Shown here: piece after piece, positions 18,601 to 26,324 of the stretch
Layout of the letters: each line of letters opens with the position of its first letter
Position numbering within the stretch: position 1 is the stretch's first letter
Source: Ignicoccus hospitalis KIN4/I
Lineage (GTDB): Archaea > Thermoproteota > Thermoprotei_A > Sulfolobales > Ignicoccaceae
Direction: 5' to 3'
Length of the DNA: 32,000 nucleotides
Assembly (NCBI RefSeq): GCF_000017945.1
Contig: NC_009776.1
Span: 270,001 to 302,000, forward strand
Notes under the pieces: generated by a model
Database searches by the model: none
The model's input: only the letters and a program-made list of their open reading frames with translations
What the model was told of the DNA's origin: nothing
Made by a program: the position numbers and the translations under genes

Positions 18601-19665
18601 GTGATAGCGATAGAGCCCCTCAGCTTCGTGAGCTTCAGGAAGCCCGGCCCTTTCGGACTGACCCAGCGAGGCCCCCTGTCCACGAGCTCTACGTACTTCG
18701 CGAAGACCACCGCGCTGGTGGGGTTGTTGGCTTACTTGGCCTACTCCAAAGGCTTCGAGTGTGAGGCTGAAGGCCTCTTCGAGGCCACTAAGAAGTGCGT
18801 AGGGCAGTGCTTCAAGGGAAGCTTGCGAGGGCCTTACGTCTTGCACCGAGACTCCTCTTGTTTATACTTCGGCGAGGAGAACTTGTTCAACCTAACGGTT
18901 CTCTTCGAAAAGTGGAACGAAATTAAGACGGCAGTGAAGAAGTACTTAGAGGGGGAAGCGGAGTTAGGGAGGAAGAAAAAGGGAATAATCGATTACTTCA
19001 CGACCCCCTCATACAATGAGGCCCTTGCGGGAGGGAGTAGCCCACAAAAGCGCGGGGTGGGTTGGAGAGAGCTCATCTCCCACCAGTTCTCAAACAAGTT
19101 GTCGAGGTCCAAGAAGATGAGTGAGTTCGTTTTCGTAAGGGAAAGGTTCTACGCTAGGAAAGTGGAGATGTTCTTCGAAGTCGGCGAGGTTGAGCCTCGC
19201 TGCCTCGACGACGCGCTATTGCCCCTGGGGGGCGATGGGGGATTAACGAGAGTTGAAGCCAAGGACGTAAATCCCGTAGAAGAGAAATTAAAGGACTTGT
19301 GGGGCGAGTGCTGGGAAGGTTGCGAGGGGGCTCAATCGGTAGTAGTGGTAATATCTCCTCTGATAATGGGTTCCGAGGGCGATTATAGCGACTACAGAAG
19401 GCCCTTCAAAGAGGTCCTCGACTTCGAAGGCGCGTCTAGAGAGTTGTTGCCCCTCTACGATCGCTACACTATCAAGGCGTATCCCTTAGGCTGGGACTTG
19501 ATGAGGGATTGTCCGCGGCCCTTCGTCCCCGCAGTTGCCCCCGGATCGGCCGTCGTGGGGAAGTTGAAGAAACCGCCGAAGGAAATCTACTGGAAAGGGC
19601 TAGGCCTCTTTAGAGACCTCGGTTTCGGGACGGTGCTCCCTCTACCCTTAGACCCGACCACATGA
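18601..19665 (+). CDS. cmr3: Type III-B CRISPR protein Cmr3 (Cas5-group RAMP)
   Basis: 354 aa, GTG start; IEPLSFVSFRKPGPFG N-terminus, C-terminal RAMP glycine-rich FRDLGFGTVLPLP; immediately follows cmr2. Confidence 0.85.
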   Translation: MIAIEPLSFVSFRKPGPFGLTQRGPLSTSSTYFAKTTALVGLLAYLAYSKGFECEAEGLFEATKKCVGQCFKGSLRGPYVLHRDSSCLYFGEENLFNLTVLFEKWNEIKTAVKKYLEGEAELGRKKKGIIDYFTTPSYNEALAGGSSPQKRGVGWRELISHQFSNKLSRSKKMSEFVFVRERFYARKVEMFFEVGEVEPRCLDDALLPLGGDGGLTRVEAKDVNPVEEKLKDLWGECWEGCEGAQSVVVVISPLIMGSEGDYSDYRRPFKEVLDFEGASRELLPLYDRYTIKAYPLGWDLMRDCPRPFVPAVAPGSAVVGKLKKPPKEIYWKGLGLFRDLGFGTVLPLPLDPTT

Positions 19666-19794
19666 CTTTTTTGTTGTTCATCATAATCAAAAAGCTCAAG
19701 GAACTTCGAATGATTGAAACGTACCGTCCGGAGAACGCTCCCAACCTTTCCAGAAAATTTATTAACTGACCTAAGGACCCCTTCCCTGGAGGCT

Positions 19795-19873
19795 GCGGCG
19801 GTCGTCTAGCCTGGACTAGGACGCCGGCCTGCCACGCCGGAGATCCCGGGTTCAAATCCCGGCCGCCGCACCA
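19795..19873 (+). tRNA. tRNA-Gly (anticodon GCC), CCA encoded
   Basis: Acceptor GCGGCGG/CCGCCGC, D arm GTC..GAC, anticodon stem-loop CCGGC-CTGCCAC-GCCGG (anticodon GCC), T arm CCGGG-TTCAAAT-CCCGG, discriminator A plus CCA. Confidence 0.96.
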
Positions 19874-19959
19874 ACCCTCCTCTCTTGAAACCCCCTCAAG
19901 AGCGCCCGCCCAGGGGCCGCTACAATTTAACTCCTCTCCGTGGGCCCTCGAGGCACTAC

Positions 19960-20451
19960 CTTGCTCGCGCTGGACTACCTCAAGTCCAAGGGCTTTAAGG
20001 TAATCATACCGGAGCTCGGGGTGGGAGACAGGGCTTAGGACCTCCAGCAAGCTAACCTTCCTAACCTCCTCCAAGAGTCCCTTCCACGAGGGGACCCCAC
20101 GAGGCCGTAAACGAAGGCCTTCTCAGCCTTGGTGCGCAAGCTGATAGACGGCACCTCCAACAAGTCCTTGGGCACCCTGTAGCCTAGGGCCTTCAGGGCC
20201 AAGGCTGCCTCGAGCTTGTAGGTTACCCCCAATACCTTGTCTATCAAGTCGTTGGGCTGTTGATCGCTGAGGGCGTGGGGCGGTCCTTCTGGCCCGCGCG
20301 ACGTAAGCCTTTGTATGGCAGGCGCGTCGGTACTCTTACACGACCTTCTTCCAATATTACAAATCACCAAACCTTTGTATTTACTCATTTCCTTTTCATC
20401 TTTGCCCACATGGGAACATCCTATATTCGAAAACGCACCATTACTATTCAC
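19960..20451 (-). pseudogene. Degraded/frameshifted ORF of unknown family between tRNA-Gly and the CRISPR array
   Basis: Frame from 20451 (...KLEAALALKALGYRVPKDLLEVPSISLRTKAEKAFVYGLVGSP) continues sensibly only after a -1 shift near 20085-20100 as SWKGLLEEVRKVSLLEVLSPVSHPELRYDY. Left boundary is approximate. Confidence 0.4.
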
Positions 20452-20617
20452 TCTCTCAAACCCCCTTATATCTTTTCATGGGAACGCTGAAGATCGTGGA
20501 GGGAAGGGCAGAGGAAAAATTTCTTGAATAAAGGGAAAAGTTTGGGGAATTGTAAACTCGCAGTAGAACGCAATTCTTTTAAGGGAAAGACCTTGGGGCC
20601 TTATATGGAAGGCTTCG
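20450..20617 (+). promoter_or_regulatory. Putative CRISPR leader
   Basis: AT-rich non-coding region upstream of the first repeat. Contains an imperfect direct repeat AAGGGAAAAGTTTGGGG (20531) / AAGGGAAAGACCTTGGGG (20581), an inverted pair GAATTG..CAATTC, and CCTTATATGG just before repeat 1. Confidence 0.5.
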
Positions 20618-20976
20618 GTGGAGTCTCAAGAGAGGATAGAAAGGCTCATCTTCGTGATTTGACAAACTATGGTCAAGTCGAGTAGAGTCTCAAAAGAGGA
20701 TAGAAAGTTCTCTAGCTTTACGATGTTTGAGAAGCTGAGGTAGTTGTCGTGTGGAGTCTCAAAAGAGGATAGAAAGGCATTAATTTCTATGTAATATTCC
20801 TCGTTATTCTCCTTGGTGGAGACTCAAGAGAGGATAGAAAGAACAACATCACCTTAAGCAACTTGTCTATATCATCCTGTGGAGTCTCAAGAGAGGATAG
20901 AAAGTTAGTAATTATTGTGACACTCTTTGTTTCAGGGTCTTTTATGAAGAGTAGAGTCTCAAAAGAGGATAGAAAG
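20618..20976 (+). CRISPR. CRISPR array, 6 repeats of 26 nt and 5 spacers (38, 43, 39, 37, 46 nt)
   Basis: Repeats at 20618-20643, 20682-20707, 20751-20776, 20816-20841, 20879-20904, 20951-20976. Consensus GTRGAGTCTCAARAGAGGATAGAAAG. The 3' end ATAGAAAG resembles archaeal 5'-handle sequence, supporting plus-strand transcription. Confidence 0.97.
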
Positions 20977-21015
20977 CCTTCACGGAGGGCCATTCGAGCA
21001 ACGGGAGGAACGGGG

Positions 21016-22611
21016 TCAAGAGGAAGCAGAGAACTTGAGGGTCTTCAAGAAGCGCGTGTAGACCGGCGAGGGCTGCAACGGCCTGCTCTTGAACTCGGGG
21101 TGGTACTGGACCCCCCAGAACTCTTGGCCCTCCAGCTCCACCCCCTCCGGCACTCCCTCGCTCCACGCCGATACCCTTAGTCCCGCCTCCTCTAACTTGT
21201 CCAAGTACTTTGGGTTAACGTCGTACCTATGTCTATGCCTTTCTTTAACCAACGTCTTCTTGTAGGCCTCCCAGAGCTTGGTCCCTTTCATTATTATTAC
21301 TGGCTTCGCTCCCAACCTCATGGTGCCGCCCAAGTACTTCAGCTTCCTCTGTTCGTCCAGCAAGGCCACTACGGGGTGGGGGGTGTTGGGGTCTACCTCC
21401 TCGCTGTTCGCGCCCTCCAGGCCGGCCAAGTGCCTAGCTACCTCAACCACCATCATCTGCATCCCGAAGCATATTCCCAAGGTGGGCACACCCCTCTCCC
21501 TTAGCTCCTTTATGACTGCTATCTTCCCCTCCGCCCCCCTCTTCCCGAAGCCGGGCAAGATTATCGCCCCGTCCGCCTCCGCGGCCTCCTCCGGGCTCAG
21601 CTTGCCCCTCTCCACGTCCGTCACCTCCACCCACTTCAGCTTGGGCATGAACCCCGCCTCTACGGCCGAGTGTTTTAAGGACTCTATGATGCTCAAGTAG
21701 CTGTCCTTCAATTTCGTGTACTTACCGACCATAGCTACCGTGGGCCCCTCCGGTAAGGACTTCAACTTGTTAACGAAATCTACCCAATATTCGAGTTCTA
21801 TCTTCCTCTCTTCCAATCCCAATATCTTGGTGAGGTACTTGGGGTACCCCTGCTCCGCCAGCCTTAGGGGCACCTCGTAGACGAACTCCACGTCCGGGTC
21901 GGAGAACACCGCCTCCTCCGGCAAGTTGGAGTAGAGGGCTATCTTCCTCTTGGTCTCGGGCTCCAAGGGCTTGGTGGAGCGTCCGACCACCACGTGGGGC
22001 TGGATGCCTATCCTCCTCAGCTCTTGTACCGAGTGCTGGAGCGGCTTGGTCTTCTGCTCTCCCGTGGTGCTTAGCACCGGCACCAAGGCCACGTGGACGA
22101 AGGCGACGTCGCCCCTCCTCTCCACCCACATCTGGCGGGCGGCCTCCAGGAAGGGGAGCCCCTCTATGTCGCCCACCGTGCCCCCTATCTCTACCACGGC
22201 TACGTCGAAGTCCTTGGCCACTTCGTCTATCATCCTTTTAATTTCGTCCGTCACGTGGGGAATTATTTGGACGGTCTGCCCTAAGTACTCCCCCTTCCTC
22301 TCCTTCTCAATGACGTTCAAGTAGACTTTCCCGGTAGTTATGTTGTTATTCTTGGTCAAGTTCTGATGTAAGAACCTCTCGTAGTGACCCAAGTCCAAGT
22401 CGGTCTCTCCGCCGTCCTCGGTCACGAAGACCTCCCCGTGGGCGTAGGGGTTCATCGTGCTCGCGTCCACGTTCACGTACGGGTCTATCTTTATCGCGGT
22501 GGTCGTGTATCCCATGGACTTGAAAAACAGAGCTGTGGATGCCGTTAGGATACCCTTCCCTAGGCTGGAGAGCACCCCGCCGGTTATGAAAACGAACTTT
22601 GTCAGCTTCAG
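21016..22611 (-). CDS. pyrG: CTP synthase
   Basis: KLTKFVFITGGVLSSLGKGILTASTALFFKSMGYTTTAIKIDPYVNVDASTMNPYAHGEVFVTEDGGETDLDLGHYERFL; glutaminase GICFGMQ and HPEF. The track ORF begins at 22734; homology begins about 22611. Confidence 0.96.
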   Translation of the reverse strand: MKLTKFVFITGGVLSSLGKGILTASTALFFKSMGYTTTAIKIDPYVNVDASTMNPYAHGEVFVTEDGGETDLDLGHYERFLHQNLTKNNNITTGKVYLNVIEKERKGEYLGQTVQIIPHVTDEIKRMIDEVAKDFDVAVVEIGGTVGDIEGLPFLEAARQMWVERRGDVAFVHVALVPVLSTTGEQKTKPLQHSVQELRRIGIQPHVVVGRSTKPLEPETKRKIALYSNLPEEAVFSDPDVEFVYEVPLRLAEQGYPKYLTKILGLEERKIELEYWVDFVNKLKSLPEGPTVAMVGKYTKLKDSYLSIIESLKHSAVEAGFMPKLKWVEVTDVERGKLSPEEAAEADGAIILPGFGKRGAEGKIAVIKELRERGVPTLGICFGMQMMVVEVARHLAGLEGANSEEVDPNTPHPVVALLDEQRKLKYLGGTMRLGAKPVIIMKGTKLWEAYKKTLVKERHRHRYDVNPKYLDKLEEAGLRVSAWSEGVPEGVELEGQEFWGVQYHPEFKSRPLQPSPVYTRFLKTLKFSASS

Positions 22612-22639
22612 CCCGCCGCCCCTTCGACTGAGCCCTTTT

Positions 22640-23686
22640 TTACGGCACCGCTTCGGTGGAGTCCTCCAAGGGGTCGTAGGAGGCCACTTCCTCGTGCTCC
22701 GCCATCTCGTCCGCCAAGTCTCCCACAACCTCAAAGAAGGTATCTATATACTTCTTCGTTACCCAGCATATCTCCTTCATACCTTCATCTCCCCAAAACC
22801 TCTCGTAAAGCCAGTACAAGCACCTCCCGCCGCAGTAGCCCTTGTACTCGCACCTCTCGCAAGGGACCCCCTCGGGGTAACTCAAGGCCTTGGGAGGGGA
22901 GCGCTCGTAAACGCTCCCGGCCTTGGCCCAACCCTCATAGGGCGCTATGGGACAAGCCACCACGCTGCCGTCCGTGAGCACGGAGTAGGCCTTCCTCCCG
23001 GCCCCGCACGGCACCCAGTCCCAAGGCTCCTTGTGAGCCTTTAAGAGGGCTATGAAGGGGACTATCCCCAAGAGCTCCCCAGTCCTCAAGTAGTGTTCTT
23101 TGAACTCCTCTGCCAACCTCCTTATGCCCGGCAAGTAGCTCCTCTCCGCCCATCCCCTCAAGTCCCACTTGGGCACCCAGTCCACCGACAGCTGCCAGTG
23201 GACGTGGGTGAAGGGGAGGGAGAGCAAGTGCTTTACGTCTCTATATATGTCGCTCTCCAAGTCAACGGCCATCCTGGCTATGACCCTCTTCACCCCCAGC
23301 CTCCTAGCCTTGTAGGCCAGCTCCAAGGCCTTCGCGTAGCTCCCCCTCCCCCTGCGGGAGTCGTTGAACTCCTCCGGGCCGTCTATAGAGATCAAGACGT
23401 TCTTCATCCTCTCCCAGTACCTCGGGGGCAAGAGGTGGTGTAAGGTGGCGTTGGTCTGTATGCCGAAGGTAGCCTCGACGTTGTCCATTACGTCCATTAT
23501 GAACTTCGGGTTCAGCAAGGGCTCCCCTCCGTAGAACACTATCGCCGGCCTAGGGTCCACGGCCTCCAAGTACTCCTTCAAGGTTGAGACGGGGTAGACC
23601 GGCTTAGGGGGGAGGTCCGGCCAAGAGCCCCCGCAGTACTTGCACTTGAGGTTACACTTAGAGGAGCTGTAAACGAGCCAGAGCAT
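22640..23686 (-). CDS. Radical SAM protein, putative peptide-modifying/SPASM-like enzyme
   Basis: 348 aa; CNLKCKYC, VFYGGEPLLNP, and C-terminal Cys cluster CPIAPYEGW...CERCEYKGYCGGRCLYW...CW, resembling the AF0577-type putative peptide-modifying radical SAM family. Confidence 0.75.
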   Translation of the reverse strand: MLWLVYSSSKCNLKCKYCGGSWPDLPPKPVYPVSTLKEYLEAVDPRPAIVFYGGEPLLNPKFIMDVMDNVEATFGIQTNATLHHLLPPRYWERMKNVLISIDGPEEFNDSRRGRGSYAKALELAYKARRLGVKRVIARMAVDLESDIYRDVKHLLSLPFTHVHWQLSVDWVPKWDLRGWAERSYLPGIRRLAEEFKEHYLRTGELLGIVPFIALLKAHKEPWDWVPCGAGRKAYSVLTDGSVVACPIAPYEGWAKAGSVYERSPPKALSYPEGVPCERCEYKGYCGGRCLYWLYERFWGDEGMKEICWVTKKYIDTFFEVVGDLADEMAEHEEVASYDPLEDSTEAVP

Positions 23687-24030
23687 TACCGCCTCTTACA
23701 CGCGCTCTCCAAGACGTTTTTCACCTCTTCCGCCTCCTCCGGGGCGAGCCTCCTCATTACTATAGAGACCGTCACTTCCGAGTCCTCTAACTCCTTCCTT
23801 ATCATTTCCGTGTTAGCCTTGTAAACGAAAGATTTCAACACCACCCTGTAGAAGCCGGTAGATATTATGTGTTGTGTCTGAACCTTCATGAATATCTTGT
23901 TACACTTTGACCTGACGAGCTTGCTGTACTTCACCAAAGTTCTCAACGCTTTGAACTTCATCGGGTTGACGAGCTTGGCGTCCCGGTAGAAGCCGGAGAG
24001 GGCCACCACCAACAAGAACGCCTCTTCCAC
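23686..24030 (-). CDS. Conserved-looking hypothetical protein coupled to the radical SAM gene
   Basis: 114 aa; overlaps the radical SAM start by 1 nt (translational coupling); no family recognised. Confidence 0.6.
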   Translation of the reverse strand: MEEAFLLVVALSGFYRDAKLVNPMKFKALRTLVKYSKLVRSKCNKIFMKVQTQHIISTGFYRVVLKSFVYKANTEMIRKELEDSEVTVSIVMRRLAPEEAEEVKNVLESACKRR

Positions 24031-24149
24031 GGTCTAAACCCGTTCGACGTCTCATTCAGAGAAGATATTTAATGAGGGCTTAAAGTTTCGAAGTTGGAAG
24101 GTGCGTTGATAACTTAAATAGAAGCCTCGGAGAGGGCGCGGGAGAGCCC

Positions 24150-24566
24150 TTGCAGAAGCCCCTAGTCTCTATAATAATGGGCTCCAAGAGCGACGAGCAC
24201 GTGGCGAAGAAGGTCATCGAAGTTTTGGAAGAACACTGCGTACCCTACGAACTCAAGGTGATATCCGCCCACCGGCAGCCAGAGGAGCTGGACAAGTACC
24301 TAAAGGAGAGCAAGGAGTACGTCAAGGTCTACATAACCATAGCGGGCCTCTCCGCTGCGCTCCCCGGCGTGGTGGCCTCCAAGGTAGAACAGCCAGTCAT
24401 AGGGGTGCCCGTGGAAGTCAAGCTAATGGGCTTGGACGCCCTCTTCAGCATAGTCCAAATGCCTCCAGGGGTGCCGGTGGCGGCGGTAGGCATAGACAAC
24501 GGCAAGAACGCGGCCTACCTAGCCATAAGGATACTAAAGCTCGCGGGCTTCCGGCCGTGTAAGTGA
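24150..24566 (+). CDS. purE: 5-(carboxyamino)imidazole ribonucleotide mutase / AIR carboxylase
   Basis: 138 aa; [60 protein letters not shown]. Confidence 0.95.
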   Translation: MQKPLVSIIMGSKSDEHVAKKVIEVLEEHCVPYELKVISAHRQPEELDKYLKESKEYVKVYITIAGLSAALPGVVASKVEQPVIGVPVEVKLMGLDALFSIVQMPPGVPVAAVGIDNGKNAAYLAIRILKLAGFRPCK

Positions 24567-24579
24567 GGGAAGGGCCTCC

Positions 24580-25182
24580 TTGAACGTAACTAACGTTTTG
24601 AGGAAGGCGGCGAAGCTCGCTTACAAATCAAAAGCGTTCGACCTACTCGCCTACGTGAAGTCCGCCCACATGAACTACGTCGCGTTCGCGCTCACGATAA
24701 TAAACTTGGTAGTTATATTGAACGGCGTAGTGCTGCCTTACTTGCGCGTCCCCGCCCCCCTCCGCTTGGCGACTACGGCCTTAATCCTCCTCGCGGTGGG
24801 CGCGACCTCCTTAATCCTCGGCTGGATAGACGTGAACGCCGGCGTCACGCGGAAGACCGTGGAGAAGCAAGCCTATTGGAGGAGGCCCACGTGGGCGCAA
24901 GCCGCCACCTTGACCTTGAGGGTCGCTGACCTCCCCTCAGTAGTTTCTCTCTGGCTGAGGCTCAAGGGGGAGGGGACAGCCGACGAAGAGCTGAAGAGGT
25001 GCTTTAGGAACGCAGTGCACAACACCGTGGAGTGGGTCTACTTCAGCCACCTCGAGGTGGGGAAGCCCCCGATGAGCCAAGACGTGAGGTGCTTGGAGAG
25101 GTTGGCCTCCATGTTAGGTTTGGACGTCTCAGATATCAAGGATGAGATTTTGGAAATATTGAAGAAGCCGGAGTTCAGGTGA
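24580..25182 (+). CDS. Membrane protein of unknown function, paralog 1
   Basis: 200 aa; two N-terminal TM segments, QAYWRRPTW motif, C-terminal helical RCFRNAVHNTVEW region. Confidence 0.6.
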   Translation: MNVTNVLRKAAKLAYKSKAFDLLAYVKSAHMNYVAFALTIINLVVILNGVVLPYLRVPAPLRLATTALILLAVGATSLILGWIDVNAGVTRKTVEKQAYWRRPTWAQAATLTLRVADLPSVVSLWLRLKGEGTADEELKRCFRNAVHNTVEWVYFSHLEVGKPPMSQDVRCLERLASMLGLDVSDIKDEILEILKKPEFR

Positions 25183-25706
25183 GGGGGATGAGCAAGCTCC
25201 ACAGGGCGTTAAAGGTCTACGTCTACGTGAGGCTTGGACTGGGCAACTATTTGTCCTTCACCCTCGCAGTATTCAACACAGCGTCGTTGGTCTGGTACTT
25301 CGCGGGCCTCAAGGAAGTAATAGGCTTCGGCGAGTTCTTGCTCTTGTTCTTTGCGATATACTTCCCCTTGGCAGCTTTTTTGGGATACCACGACCTCAAG
25401 CGCTTGGTCGGAAAGACCATGGCCGAGGTGAGCCCCTACTGGAGGAGGCCCAACTACTTCTTGTCCAATTACTACCTGGGCAGTATGATGTATTTGCACC
25501 ACGCCTTGGCTTTCTGGAAGCTCTCGGGCGACGATAGGGTCAAGGAGTGCTCGAAGGAAGCGGTCATGAACCACCTCAAACGCCTAATATCGGAGGGGGA
25601 GATGAGGCCTCACGGGAGCTGCTTCTGCAAGCTCGCCTTTGAGGAGGGCTTGATGGACGAAGAGCACTACGAGATGTGCGTTAAGGCCTTAAGGGAGCTG
25701 GAGTGA
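25179..25706 (+). CDS. Membrane protein of unknown function, paralog 2
   Basis: 175 aa; overlaps paralog 1 by 4 nt; same layout (two TM segments, SPYWRRPNYF, ECSKEAVMNHLKRL). Confidence 0.6.
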   Translation: MRGMSKLHRALKVYVYVRLGLGNYLSFTLAVFNTASLVWYFAGLKEVIGFGEFLLLFFAIYFPLAAFLGYHDLKRLVGKTMAEVSPYWRRPNYFLSNYYLGSMMYLHHALAFWKLSGDDRVKECSKEAVMNHLKRLISEGEMRPHGSCFCKLAFEEGLMDEEHYEMCVKALRELE

Positions 25707-26324
25707 GCGGGCCAGCGAACGGGAGATTCGGTCCGCCCACGCTATCGGCTCCGGCAGCCTCCGGACAGTTAACCTCTTCACTATTTGGTAGGCGGTCTCC
25801 AAGCTCACGCAGTGTCCGACGCTGACGTACAGCTTTTGCTTTCCTCTCCTGATGACGTAAGCCACCACCTTACCCTCGTGCACCAAGCACTCCCTCTCCC
25901 CGCACCTCTCCTCCTCCCCCACCAGCCTCCTCTTTGCCACCCCGACCGTGGGGACCCCGCTCGTCACCCCCACGTGGGAGGCTATCCCCAGCCCCCTGGG
26001 GTGGGTCCTCCCGTGGCCGTCCACCAAGAGCAAGTCGTAGCCCTTGACCTTCTTAATTAACGTCAAGTGCAAGGGTGCCTCCCGGAAGGCCAAGAACCCC
26101 GGCACGTAGGGGATGGGGACCCTCGCGACGACGTAGTAGTGCTTGAGAGGCCTTAAGGTTTTATAGTCGATCAGCGAGAGCGCGGAGACGCCGACGTCGC
26201 CCTTGTAGGAGACGTCCAGCCCGCCCACCGCCTCTACCGCCTCCGGATCGAAGCAGTCCTCCTCCTTCACCAGCTCGGAGAGCTTCCTCTGGAGCTCGGA
26301 GGCCCTCCTCCGGTCGAAAGTCAT
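25689..26324 (-). CDS. nfi: Endonuclease V
   Basis: VGGLDVSYKGDVGVSALSLIDYKTL, VPIPYVPGFLAFREAP, LLLVDGHGRTHPRGLGIASHVGV, PTVGVAK. ATG at 26324 preferred over the track start 26405. Confidence 0.92.
   Translation of the reverse strand: MTFDRRRASELQRKLSELVKEEDCFDPEAVEAVGGLDVSYKGDVGVSALSLIDYKTLRPLKHYYVVARVPIPYVPGFLAFREAPLHLTLIKKVKGYDLLLVDGHGRTHPRGLGIASHVGVTSGVPTVGVAKRRLVGEEERCGERECLVHEGKVVAYVIRRGKQKLYVSVGHCVSLETAYQIVKRLTVRRLPEPIAWADRISRSLARSLQLP

Noticed and set aside
19663-19680. T-rich CTTTTTTGTTGTTC right after the cmr3 stop as a strong terminator.
   Set aside because: Plausible archaeal U-tract terminator, but only six Ts and no supporting data, so not listed as a feature.
20260-20490. 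Plus-strand 76-aa ORF upstream of the array.
   Set aside because: No family resemblance; it overlaps the better-supported degraded minus-strand ORF and the leader.
20618-20976. Spacer self-targeting within this window.
   Set aside because: No spacer showed an obvious match to the flanking genes by eye. A proper alignment over the whole genome would be needed.
20787-20993. Minus-strand 68-aa ORF (FLSSFETLLFIKDPETKSV...FLSSLETP...).
   Set aside because: It is the reverse translation of the CRISPR array; the recurring FLSSxE(T/S) motif is the repeat itself.
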